The notes below the pieces were generated by a model. The model did no database searches, was not told the origin of the DNA, and saw only the letters and a program-made list of their open reading frames with translations. DNA of 63,984 bases, filler included, from Octopus bimaculoides (Eukaryota): assembly GCF_001194135.2 (NCBI RefSeq). It is 5 parts of 5 records of this genome, joined end to end, with 100 filler letters (N's around TTAATTAATTAA, not from the genome) between each part and the next. Parts side by side here need not be neighbours in the genome. Positions count along the whole stretch, not along the records: positions 1 to 17,085 come from NC_068981.1; positions 17,186 to 21,678 come from NC_068986.1; positions 21,779 to 32,826 come from NC_068997.1; 2 more parts are not named here. The stretch is one strand, 5' to 3'. Every line of letters begins with the position of its first letter. The first letter of the stretch is position 1. This document shows positions 13,164 through 25,014 of this stretch, piece by piece. The position numbers and the translations under genes were made by a program.

Positions 13164-14852
13164 ATTTGCCACCAGGGCGAAGGATGAGGGGAACAATACA
13201 AATTGTGGGGGTTTACATATAATGAAATGATAAAATAAATAAATAAGTAATAAAAAAAATGTAAGTGTACATAGTATACGATTGCTATTCCTATTGCTTC
13301 GACCATTAACCCTTCAACAGTACCTCTTTTGTCCATAAAACAAATTATATATTAAGATAAAGGCACCCACCCGCCTTAGCCATCCACCCGGGCACTGTTA
13401 CCCTTAAAAGCCTGACATGTAAAGGTCACCCAGAATGAAAAATGCCTATTACATATTGTCGTTTTACCCTTCAGCATTTTTGGTGGCTTCTGTTGTTGTT
13501 TAAGCGGGATATGCATTCAACCTTGACTGTCTCCAACTGCCATAATGATCATCTGTGGACAAATTGGAGAGAGGGGATAGAAAGAGAGACAGACAGACAG
13601 ACAGGGGAGGAGTGTTGCTATGCAACCGACTGAGGTGGCGGGAAGAGAGTACCTTAAGTGCCATTGTGATGAGTGATGTCATCTTAGGAGTGTACGGAGA
13701 GGATGGAAAAGGAGGAGGAGGAGGAGGAAGGGGAGGTGTTATTTAGTGCTTGATGACTTGATGACTTCGTGGCAAATTTCTGGATTTAAAGCAAGAGATT
13801 AGAAGGTTAGCAAATTGAGAGAGACAGATAGACAGAGAGCTAGAGCATGGTCGGTGAGGTGGTGCAGATTTAATATTTCGGAGGTGGAGGGAGGAGGAGG
13901 GAAGTGTGTGGTGGAGTGGGGATGGGGTTAGGTGGGGTGGGGATCTGTCATCATATGCATTGCAAACAGAATGTGAATGAGTATGTAGGCAACGGGGTGA
14001 TAAAAATCTCGTGTGTGAAATGAGATGAGATGGGAAGAGACGGGATGGGTTTGGAGAAAAACAGGACAAATACACGATCGTACTAACAAATTTTGTCAGT
14101 TAAAATGCCTCCATTGATTTCAAAGAATCTAGAAAGGTTTTAGGGTTCATTGCCGCGCAGTCGATTATTAATATTTTATTGGTTTGTATTTTTGTTTCGT
14201 TTCGTTTTGTTTTATTTTGCCACTTTTAGCCAGTTCGTTTCTTACTCTCTGTTATTCATATAATGTCAACGTGATTTTTTTTTTTTTATGATTAAATAGC
14301 TTCAGTATAAAAGAGATGGAAGAAATGTCCAGGATGTCACTACTTCTGTTAACAAGAGCAACAAAGAGTAGTTTTGATGGAGGAATGTCTAAATATGTTA
14401 CGTTGGTATGAGAGAGATGGGTGTTGAATATAGAAGAGCGGAGAAAATTGGAGAGAAAGAAATTAGTCGAATGATTGTCCATTAGACAGTGTATACGTGT
14501 ACACGTGATGGCTCAGATGTATTCCCCTCTCCGACGTTATTTCCTCGTAACCTTTAGAAAAGTGAGCGATAGAAAATTCTACAGATACTTTTCAGATGAT
14601 GCAGATTTCGATTATATCGAAATTTGTTGTGAAATTTAAAAAATTCCGATGGGGTGGAGAGTCATAGAAACTGACTTTGTTTCCTTATAACTTTCAGAAA
14701 AATGATGATTCTTTTTTTATTGAAAATTATCTACAAATACCTTTCGGGTGGAGTATAACCTCGTTATATTGGAATATATCGTGCAAAAAAATTATGGCAG
14801 GCATACATACTGACACACACATCACATAATGTTTTCAAATTTCCTTTTGTAG

Positions 14853-15265
14853 ATGTGTGTGTCTGTGTGTGTGTGTGTGCGTCTGTTAGTGTATATCTGT
14901 GTGTGTGTGTGTGTGTGTGTGTCTGTCTGTTTGTCTGTGCCTGTATGTCTGTGTGTCTGTGTGTGTGTGTGTGTCTGTCTGTCTGTCTGCGTCTGTCTGT
15001 GTGTCTGTCTGTGTGTGTGTGTCTGTCTGTCTGTGTGTACGTGTGTGTCTGTCTGTTTGTCTGTCTGTGTCTCAGTGTGTGTGTGTGTGTGTGTGTGTGC
15101 GTGTGTGTGTGTATGTCTGTCTGTCTGTGTCTGTGTCTCTCTGTGCGTGTCTGTCTACGTTTGTGTGTACGTCTGTCTGTCTGTGTCTCTGTCTGTCTGT
15201 GTCTCTGTCTGTCTGTGTGTATGTGTGTGTGTGTGTCTGCATGTGTATCTCTGTGTGTGTATGTA
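14853..15265. repeat. Long compound (GT)n/(GTCT)n microsatellite
   Basis: Direct inspection. Confidence 0.95.
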
Positions 15266-16523
15266 TGTTTGAGCACTCACCAACTTAATTTTTTTCCTTC
15301 TTTTTCACATTAAACTCCGGAGTAAGCGTAATCTACATCATCTAAAATTTATTTCTAAAAAATTTCACGTAAAAGTACCCATTTTTCTGAATGTTATGAG
15401 GAAACAAATTCGATAGGAGAGCACTTTTGTGTAGTTATGCCCAATTTTAATCTACGAGAGAGGAACAATGTTACAAGTGTTCTTGAGAAAGCAAATGGCT
15501 GAAGCATAAAGTGATGTGTATAAGACGCATAATTGTACTGATACGTATTGGGTGGAAAAAAAAACTACGCTTGTGCTGACAGTGATAGATGTCTATCTAT
15601 AGTACAGGAAGAATGGAGAAGATATAGAACAGGAGAAACAGATAAGTGTAGATCTGAAAACGTTTGGCTTTGCAAAGAGACAGCAAGAAAACAAAATACA
15701 CTTAATTGTATTTCGTTCCTCTCAAATCATTTGCGCTCTGGCTCAGCTGTAGATTAAATTTGTGCATCCGATGGATAGTGTTTGGTTTATTTCTTTACAG
15801 CTTTCACTGATCTATGAGTATTCGATGTCCATTGCTCTTCATTTGCAAACTGTCGACTCGTACAAACAATGACGACATTGAATACATAAAGCCAAACAAA
15901 AAGAGAAAAAACAAAAACAGTAAAATGACAATGATGGTGGTTATTGATAACTTGCGTCATTTGTTTCGGCTCCGAATGTTCTAAGTTCAAATCCCACCGA
16001 GGTTAAATTTTCCTTTCATCCCTCAGGAGCCAACAAAATAAAATACCAGTAAAATACCGTTGCTACCGAATAGTGGCAGTCAAGTACTAGGGTCGATATA
16101 ATTGACTTCCTCTTCCCCTTAAAATTACTGGCATGTGCCAAAATTTAAAACAATTATTATTTTTGTTATTGTATTTGTTTCTGATTTTGATGTTGTATTT
16201 TAGTAGTAGGAAGGTGCCTTTTTTAGTTTTTTTTCCACCGAAACACTATCACTTCAAGAATTTCCAAATCAAAATTTCATTGGAGGACTTTGTACAAAAA
16301 ATTATAATTGTCCAAGAAAGAGCAACCCTTAGTGCTCAGGTACAGACAACAGAAAATAGGGGTTTACTTCACGAACTTATAACATTTTATTCAAACATCT
16401 TAGTTTCATATCCAAAATGGTTACCACACATAATTATGCTTCATGTCAATGCATCGCAATGGTTAAAAAGCACACAAGGTCAAAACACACTACTAAATAC
16501 ACAAGACAAAGAAGAAAATATCT

Positions 16524-16586
<63 letters not shown>

Positions 16587-16685
16587 TCAGATGAATATGG
16601 TACTTAAGTTGAGGCTACGGTATTATCCATACAAATTCAAAGTAAGGTGATTAAAATCAAAATAAGCAAAAAATATCCAGAAGTA

Positions 16686-16774
16686 ATGCTGTACGATCGT
16701 TTCATGCAACTCCATTTAATTGAACAATGCAATCATTACATCACTTTAAAATGCAGAGCAATCCTCAGCTGCAC
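16686..16774 (-). ncRNA. Minimal type I hammerhead-like motif with long stem II
   Basis: Stem I GTGCAG/CAGCAT (5 of 6 pairs), core CTGAGGA, long imperfect stem II (TGC/GCA at base), GAAA, stem III C-GATC-G (palindromic), GUA triplet. Confidence 0.45.
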
Positions 16775-17020
16775 AAAGACATGGAATTTAATTAAATTAG
16801 AACAGATGGACACATTAGTATAATTATACATAAAATCTCCAAGAAATTAAGGAGATAGACAAAGTACATGTTGCCTCTACTACAACATCATATTGCCTCT
16901 ACTATAACGTCTCTTCTAATTTAATTAAATTCTATGTCCTTGTGCAGCTGAGGATTGCTCTGTATTTTAATTTGGTGTAATGATTGCCTTGTTCAATTAA
17001 ATTGAGTTGCATGAAACGAT
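16696..17020. repeat. Inverted repeat, 107-bp arms (16696-16802 and 16914-17020), 111-bp spacer
   Basis: Manual alignment gives 8 mismatches in 107 bp with no indels. Confidence 0.95.
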
Positions 17021-17085
17021 GTAAATAATGTAAATAATGTACATAATTCCTCATCTCTTAAAATAGAACTGTATTACTGTATATA

Positions 17086-17185
17086 NNNNNNNNNNNNNNN
17101 NNNNNNNNNNNNNNNNNNNNNNNNNNNNNTTAATTAATTAANNNNNNNNNNNNNNNNNNNNNNNNNNNNNNNNNNNNNNNNNNNN
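17086..17185. other. Artificial assembly linker (44 N + TTAATTAATTAA + 44 N)
   Basis: Exactly 100 bp; the core encodes stops in all six frames; identical at four sites. Confidence 0.92.
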
Positions 17186-17902
17186 ATATATATATATATA
17201 CGTGTAATCCTTTGAAAAACTAAACTATTTCTGCCTGTTCTCCTTTTGTGTTGTGTCTTCCTCTTTGGCAGATCTATAGATGACTTCTACATTCTTTAAT
17301 GGCTGGTCTATTCTTCCAGATGTAATTCTTCTATCAACACGGCGTTTAAGGAAGTATAGTATTACAGCTTCCGCTATTTGGATATCAAAGAAAACTGGTC
17401 GTCTCCGACCATTTCACTTTAAAACATGCATTCTGTCATTGGCCTCATATCTCTAAAATGAAACTAAGCAAAAGAGAGTCTTTGACGGGAATGTAGTCGC
17501 TTGAGCTGCTAGAAAAAGGACCCAAATTCCCCCAACAAAGGCATTACCGTTTATAATAAATCAAAGTAGTTAATAGTCCCTGTTATACAAAAAGATAGGA
17601 CTGGGTACTGTTCGAACGCCTTTGATCAGAGATCTACTCGAACTGGGCTGACCTGAGCCTAAACAGGGCTGCTAGAAATAGCACCCAAATATCTATCTAT
17701 CTATCTATCTAATAATACAAAGAATATATATGCATGTATACACACATATATGTACATACTTACATCTACATGTGTATATAGATGCATATCAGGGTACAGG
17801 ACGTTAGAAAAATGAACTACAGACAATGGAACGAACACATAGGAAAACAGATAGCCACTTGGAATTATTCCTTCATCAGCTACCTCTATTCTAACTAGGC
17901 GT

Positions 17903-17956
<54 letters not shown>

Positions 17957-18556
17957 NNNNNNNNNNNNNNNNNNNNNNNNNNNNNNNNNNNNNNNNNNNN
18001 NNNNNNNNNNNNNNNNNNNNNNNNNNNNNNNNNNNNNNNNNNNNNNNNNNNNNNNNNNNNNNNNNNNNNNNNNNNNNNNNNNNNNNNNNNNNNNNNNNNN
18101 NNNNNNNNNNNNNNNNNNNNNNNNNNNNNNNNNNNNNNNNNNNNNNNNNNNNNNNNNNNNNNNNNNNNNNNNNNNNNNNNNNNNNNNNNNNNNNNNNNNN
18201 NNNNNNNNNNNNNNNNNNNNNNNNNNNNNNNNNNNNNNNNNNNNNNNNNNNNNNNNNNNNNNNNNNNNNNGTAGACCGGGTTTCTCCAAAGAGTTAATCG
18301 CGAAACCCGATCTACGATTAATTCTTTACTTTGTATATTTTCATTTGTCTTGCCCGCTTATGTTCTGGTGTTTGCTGAATTTTTTCTGGAGAACATTCTT
18401 TTCTTTGTGGTTAGATTGTAGGTGATCTTTTTCTAGCATATCGGATGTCCACCTAGTGGTCATCCCTTCTTATACGCATGTAATACAATTTTTCTGAATT
18501 TTCAGATTTTTTTTATATGCTAGGCCACTGGTTTTAAATTGATGTTAATTAAATTA

Positions 18557-18675
18557 ATATTCAATTTATCACCCTTATAATTTAATATCAATTTATATTC
18601 AATTTATCACCCTTATAAATTAGTATCAATTTATATTCAATTTATCACCCTTATAAATTAATATCAATTTATATA
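18557..18675. repeat. 38-bp minisatellite, ~3 copies
   Basis: TATTCAATTTATCACCCTTATAAATTAATATCAATTTA units start at 18558, 18596 and 18634. Confidence 0.9.
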
Positions 18676-18822
18676 TATACATTGTTATATATTTTTGCCA
18701 AATAAACACACGTATTATATATTGTTTCTTCACTTCTGCTTTATTATTATTATTATCATCATCATTATTATTATTATTATTATCGTTATTATTATTATTA
18801 TTATTATTTGTGTCGTTTGCTT

Positions 18823-18978
18823 GAAATCTTTTGTCGTTACATCCTGTGACCTCTTCAACGACTCTCCATCCCACGTGTCTCCTCCTATCCTGTTTACTCC
18901 ATTCTCTAAACAGGACAGGAGGAGACACGTGGGATGGACAGTCGCTGAAGAGGTGACAGGATGTATGACAAGAGATTC
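18823..18978. repeat. Near-perfect hairpin, ~70-bp arms, 10-nt loop (18897-18906)
   Basis: TTGTCGTTACATCCTGTGACCTCTTCAACGACTCTCCATCCCACGTGTCTCCTCCTATCCTGTTTA is mirrored by TAAACAGGACAGGAGGAGACACGTGGGATGGACAGTCGCTGAAGAGGTGACAGGATGTATGACAA. Confidence 0.95.
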
Positions 18979-19234
18979 CCAAAGGACAGCTGAAGTGANN
19001 NNNNNNNNNNNNNNNNNNNNNNNNNNNNNNNNNNNNNNNNNNNNNNNNNNNNNNNNNNNNNNNNNNNNNNNNNNNNNNNNNNNNNNNNNNNNNNNNNNNN
19101 NNNNNNNNNNNNNNNNNNNNNNNNNNNNNNNNNNNNNNNNNNNNNNNNNNNNNNNNNNNNNNNNNNNNNNNNNNNNAAAAAAAAAAAAAAATACAAAATG
19201 ACCATCCCGAAGTATAACAATATCTGTTTCAACA

Positions 19235-19445
19235 GAAGGGGCGAGCTGGCAGAAACGTTAGCACGACGGGCGAAATGCGTAGCGGGGCGAAATGCTTTTC
19301 GTTCTGAGTTCAAATTCCGCCGAGGTTAACTTTGCCTTTCATCCTTTCGGGGTCAATAAATTAAGTACCAGTTGCGTACTGAGGTCGATCTAACCGACTG
19401 GCCCCCTCCTCCAAAATTTCGGGCCTTGTGCCTAGAGTAGAAAAG
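19235..19445 (+). mobile_element. SINE family B, full length with 16-bp TSD
   Basis: tRNA-like boxes TGGCAGAAACGTTAG and GAGTTCAAATTCC; AATATCTGTTTCAACA is duplicated at 19219-19234 and 19446-19461. Confidence 0.9.
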
Positions 19446-20354
19446 AATATCTGTTTCAACATACGATTTCATATCAGGAATCTTGCAAAACAAGAAGGCA
19501 CTTGCCCAAGGTGCCACGCAGTGGGACTGAAGCCGGTACCATGTGGTTGGGAAGCAAACTTCTTATCACACAGCCACGCCTGCGCTTTCCGAAGAAAGTT
19601 AGATTCCATATTTAGTAATTACTTTGATATCATGGTGTAACGTAGCACGCGACATTGCTTTGCATTTCAACAATAACAATTTCTTTGTTTCCATCAGTTA
19701 ATCAGGGGAAAGGGGAACGCCCAAGACCTTTGGATGGCCAGAATCGTTGGGCAAAATGTCTTGCGATATTTAGTTGCGACCTTTAGTGATTCGAATCTAA
19801 ATATCGCCGAGATCAACCCAGCTTTTAATCCTTTTGAGGGCGATAAATTTCACGTTCGTTTTCCCATTTCAAAGGTCACTAATTCTTCACCTCCTAGATA
19901 TCAATGTACTGCAGAGGACACAACCACACGGGTGACTAGAGAATCGCGACTGATTCCACCTTTACTACAAATTCCGTGTACCCTCACCAGCAAGGAAGCC
20001 AAAGGAATGACGGTATTTCATTGTCATAGGAGAGGGTGATACCCTGATAGCCGATACAAAAGGTCCGACAGTCTATACAAGGGTTTTTTTTAGAAAATTC
20101 AAGTCTTGTCTTGCACTGGATTTGGATTATAGTGAGAAATGATTGCGCTGGACGACCGGCCTCACATTCTAAACTGATGAGATTGATGTTGCTGATGGCT
20201 AGCTCCAACATCCGTGAACCAATGGCTGCAAATAAAACCAAGGGTGATTCGTCTGAATACTTGCAACGCAGTGAACATTGCTAATGATATCAAAGAACCG
20301 ATTAGAGACGTTAGACACACTAAAAGCCTAACCAGCTGGTAGTTAATTACCACA

Positions 20355-20766
20355 GCAGGAGTGGCTGTGTGGTAAATAGCTTGCTTACCAACCACATGGT
20401 TCCGGGTTCATTCCCACTGCGTGGCACCTTGGGCAAGTGTCTTCTACTATAGCTTCGGGCCGACCAAAGTCTTGTATGTGGATTTGGTAGACGGAAACTG
20501 AAAGAAGCCTGTCGTATATATGTATATATCTATGTATGTATGCGTGTGTATATGTTTGTGTGTCTGTGTTTGTCCCCCTAACATCACTTGACAACCGATG
20601 CTGGTGTGTTTACGTCCCCGTAACTTAGCGGTTCGACAAAAGAGACCGATATAATAAGTACTAGGCTTACAAAGAATAAGTTCTGGGGTCGATTTGCTCG
20701 AGTAAAGGCGGTGCTCCAGCATGGCCGCAGTCAAATGACTGAAACAAGTAAAAGAGTAAAAGAGTA
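20355..20766 (+). mobile_element. SINE family A, full length (tRNA-like head, internal TA/TG microsatellite, AAAGAGT tail)
   Basis: A-box-like GTGGCTGTGTGG, B-box GGGTTCATTCCC; many homologous pieces across the window; tail GTAAAAGAGTAAAAGAGTA. Confidence 0.85.
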
Positions 20767-21439
20767 CAGCTTCTAAAATGTTTCTAAAACTTCGAAATTA
20801 CCAACTAGTTGAACCGCTTGTTTACATAGCTGCTTTATGACCGACTAGAAATAACAGTCAAGATCTCATTCCAATTGTTTTTATTTTAAATTATATAAAA
20901 AAAAGTAAGCAGTGGATGACGTCATTCTAGAAAACCTGTATTAGAAATATATTTAAAAAATAGGATGGTGAAACGCTTCTGATCTTGAGGACGGTCCCAA
21001 CACCACTACCACCACCACCACCACCACCACCACTTCCTGCTTTTAAACTCTGCAGAGCTTGTGGTGTTTTTCTGTTTATTGGGAAAGAGGTTGCGTGGTG
21101 GACGAAACTGAAAGGATTCAGGACATACACTTTCCTGTTCAGTTAAGCCCTCATCGACCTTTTTTGAGTTCCATTTGGAAAGGAAAGTTAGGATGAAGGA
21201 GGAAGCGCTCTCTCCGAGCAGATTTATGAAAAGGTGGGTGACAATGGAAAAAATGGTTACGGTGAATGGAACTACTCTAAGCATGCGCTTGTAGACTGGA
21301 GAACAGCAGATGGGCGAAGGCTTGTGCTCTTGCTGGCCAGAGCGATCCCGTATCTACGGGTTTCCTTGAGTAGCCTTAGTTTGAGGCTCTGCTGAACCAG
21401 GAGGACTGCATCATCCATGTATCACTTATCTTTTTCTTT

Positions 21440-21646
21440 GTTTATCTTTTACTTGGTTCAGTTATTTGACTGCGGCCATGCTGGAGCACCGCCTTGAAGA
21501 ATTTTAGTCGACTTCAGGACTTATTTTTTTATGTTTGGTACTTATTCTATCGGTATCAACTGCCAAACCACTATGTAAGGGGGGTATAAACACACCGACA
21601 CCGGTTGTCAAGTATGGTGGTATGCAAACACAGACACAAAGACATG
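21440..21646 (-). mobile_element. SINE family A, 3' half
   Basis: Reverse complement matches the family A 3' body and tail. Confidence 0.72.
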
Positions 21647-21678
21647 CCCCCCCCCATATATATATATATATATATATA

Positions 21679-21778
21679 NNNNNNNNNNNNNNNNNNNNNN
21701 NNNNNNNNNNNNNNNNNNNNNNTTAATTAATTAANNNNNNNNNNNNNNNNNNNNNNNNNNNNNNNNNNNNNNNNNNNN
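21679..21778. other. Artificial assembly linker
   Basis: Same 44+12+44 structure. Confidence 0.92.
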
Positions 21779-22240
21779 ATATATATATGCATATATATGG
21801 AGAAAGTGTGTGTGTGTGTGTGAGAGAGAGAGAAAGAAGATAGATTTATAAATATTTTCTGCATATATATATTCCGTTTTCTATATATAAACAAATACAT
21901 TAATGAATATGTATGTATAAATGTATAAACACGTGTGTGTATATAGACCCAACGATTCGTATATCTTCATATATATGTGTGCGTGTATCTGTGTGTAAAT
22001 GTAAGAATGTATGTATGCATGCATGATTATATGTAGGCGTGCGTGTGTGTATGTGAGTGTGTGTGTTTGTGTGTATTCATGTATTGATATATTTGTGCAT
22101 GTAAGTGTGTGTATGCTTCTGGAAGATATTAATCAATTTTCCATGGGGTTTTTAGAGCTACTGGGTTCCAAGTCTCTCTCTATCTATCTATCTCTCTATT
22201 TCTCTCTCTCTCTCTCTCTCTCTCCCTCTCTCTCTCTCTC

Positions 22241-22271
<31 letters not shown>

Positions 22272-23210
22272 NNNNNNNNNNNNNNNNNNNNNNNNNNNNN
22301 NNNNNNNNNNNNNNNNNNNNNNNNNNNNNNNNNNNNNNNNNNNNNNNNNNNNNNNNNNNNNNNNNNNNNNNNNNNNNNNNNNNNNNNNNNNNNNNNNNNN
22401 NNNNNNNNNNNNNNNNNNNNNNNNNNNNNNNNNNNNNNNNNNNNNNNNNNNNNNNNNNNNNNNNNNNNNNNNNNNNNNNNNNNNNNNNNNNNNNNNNNNN
22501 NNNNNNNNNNNNNNNNNNNNNNNNNNNNNNNNNNNNNNNNNNNNNNNNNNNNNNNNNNNNNNNNNNNNNNNNNNNNNNNNNNNNNNNNNNNNNNNNNNNN
22601 NNNNNNNNNNNNNNNNNNNNNNNNNNNNNNNNNNNNNNNNNNNNNNNNNNNNNNNNNNNNNNNNNNNNNNNNNNNNNNNNNNNNNNNNNNNNNNNNNNNN
22701 NNNNNNNNNNNNNNNNNNNNNNNNNNNNNNNNNNNNNNNNNNNNNNNNNNNNNNNNNNNNNNNNNNNNNNNNNNNNNNNNNNNNNNNNNNNNNNNNNNNN
22801 NNNNNNNNNNNNNNNNNNNNNNNNNNNNNNNNNNNNNNNNNNNNNNNNNNNNNNNNNNNNNNNNNNNNNNNNNNNNNNNNNNNNNNNNNNNNNNNNNNNN
22901 NNNNNNNNNNNNNNNNNNNNNNNNNNNNNNNNNNNNNNNNNNNNNNNNNNNNNNNNNNNNNNNNNNNNNNNNNNNNNNNNNNNNNNNNNNNNNNNNNNNN
23001 NNNNNNNNNNNNNNNNNNNNNNNNNNNNNNNNNNNNNNNNNNNNNNNNNNNNNNNNNNNNNNNNNNNNNNNNNNNNNNNNNNNNNNNNNNNNNNNNNNNN
23101 NNNNNNNNNNNNNNNNNNNNNNNNNNNNNNNNNNNNNNNNNNNNNNNNNNNNNNNNNNNNNNNNNNNNNNNNNNNNNNNNNNNTATATATATGTATATAT
23201 ATATGCCTAC

Positions 23211-23243
<33 letters not shown>

Positions 23244-23249
23244 GCTAGC

Positions 23250-23280
<31 letters not shown>

Positions 23281-23440
23281 ATATGCCTACATACATACAT
23301 ATATATATGCCTACATACATACATACATATATACATACATACATATATATATACATATATGTATATATGTATATGTGTGTATATATGTATGTATATGTGT
23401 GCATATATATATATATTCAAACATACATACATGTATATAA

Positions 23441-23497
<57 letters not shown>

Positions 23498-24947
23498 TAC
23501 ACACACATACGTATATGCATATATACAAATACGTATCTGTATGTGTACATATGTTATACATTTTCTATGTATATATGTATGTATGCATATGTGTGTGTGT
23601 GTGTGTATAAATAAGTATATGTATGTATGTATGTATGCATGTGTGTATGTATATTGTACATCTAATAGTGAAAGTGAGAGAGAAAGAGAAAGAGAGAAGG
23701 AAACGCAAAAAGATATTGTGAAATAGTTGGAAAGAGGGTGGATTTAAACGCGAGGAAACGTTAAAGAGAGGTGCATATGAGGAAGGGTTGCGGAAACAGT
23801 GAAGGGCTGTGTGACAGTAAAAAAAAATATGACAAAGATATAGAGGGGAAAGATGGAAAGAATGAAAGAAAGATAGAGAGGGAGAGAAGGAGAGAGCGAG
23901 AGAGAAGAAAAAGGGCTAAGTGATAAAGGAAAGTTTTCCTGTGTAGTAGATTGACAATGGGGGAGGGAGGACAGCGAGAAAGAGTGAACGGTGTTTCGAT
24001 TAGTTTTGATTTAAGTACGTAAGTGACGTTTTCATAAAAGTTGAAATGTGTCTGAGTNNNNNNNNNNNNNNNNNNNNNNNNNNNNNNNNNNNNNNNNNNN
24101 NNNNNNNNNNNNNNNNNNNNNNNNNNNNNNNNNNNNNNNNNNNNNNNNNNNNNNNNNNNNNNNNNNNNNNNNNNNNNNNNNNNNNNNNNNNNNNNNNNNN
24201 NNNNNNNNNNNNNNNNNNNNNNNNNNNNNNNNNNNNNNNNNNNNNNNNNNNNNNNNNNNNNNNNNNNNNNNNNNNNNNNNNNNNNNNNNNNNNNNNNNNN
24301 NNNNNNNNNNNNNNNNNNNNNNNNNNNNNNNNNNNNNNNNNNNNNNNNNNNNNNNNNNNNNNNNNNNNNNNNNNNNNNNNNNNNNNNNNNNNNNNNNNNN
24401 NNNNNNNNNNNNNNNNNNNNNNNNNNNNNNNNNNNNNNNNNNNNNNNNNNNNNNNNNNNNNNNNNNNNNNNNNNNNNNNNNNNNNNNNNNNNNNNNNNNN
24501 NNNNNNNNNNNNNNNNNNNNNNNNNNNNNNNNNNNNNNNNNNNNNNNNNNNNNNNNNNNNNNNNNNNNNNNNNNNNNNNNNNNNNNNNNNNNNNNNNNNN
24601 NNNNNNNNNNNNNNNNNNNNNNNNNNNNNNNNNNNNNNNNNNNNNNNNNNNNNNNNNNNNNNNNNNNNNNNNNNNNNNNNNNNNNNNNNNNNNNNNNNNN
24701 NNNNNNNNNNNNNNNNNNNNNNNNNNNNNNNNNNNNNNNNNNNNNNNNNNNNNNNNNNNNNNNNNNNNNNNNNNNNNNNNNNNNNNNNNNNNNNNNNNNN
24801 NNNNNNNNNNNNNNNNNNNNNNNNNNNNNNNNNNNNNNNNNNNNNNNNNNNNNNNNNNNNNNNNNNNNNNNNNNNNNNNNNNNNNNNNNNNNNNNNNNNN
24901 NNNNNNNNNNNNNNNNNNNNNNNNNNNNNNNNNNNNNNNNNNNNNNN

Positions 24948-25014
<67 letters not shown>

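Noticed and set aside
14498-15420. Possible DNA-transposon MITE fragments at 14500-14765 and 15320-15420
   Set aside because: I could not define paired termini or TSDs.
17873-17879. CTGATGA hammerhead core on the minus strand in a Penelope-terminus-like repeat
   Set aside because: No GAAA/stem III follows the putative stem II, so a ribozyme fold cannot be drawn.
17270-18535. Possible RTE-type LINE C-terminal remnants on the minus strand (RMHVLK*NGRRRP near 17420; KIVLHAYKKG*PLGGHPIC* near 18470)
   Set aside because: Too short and decayed to support a call without a search.
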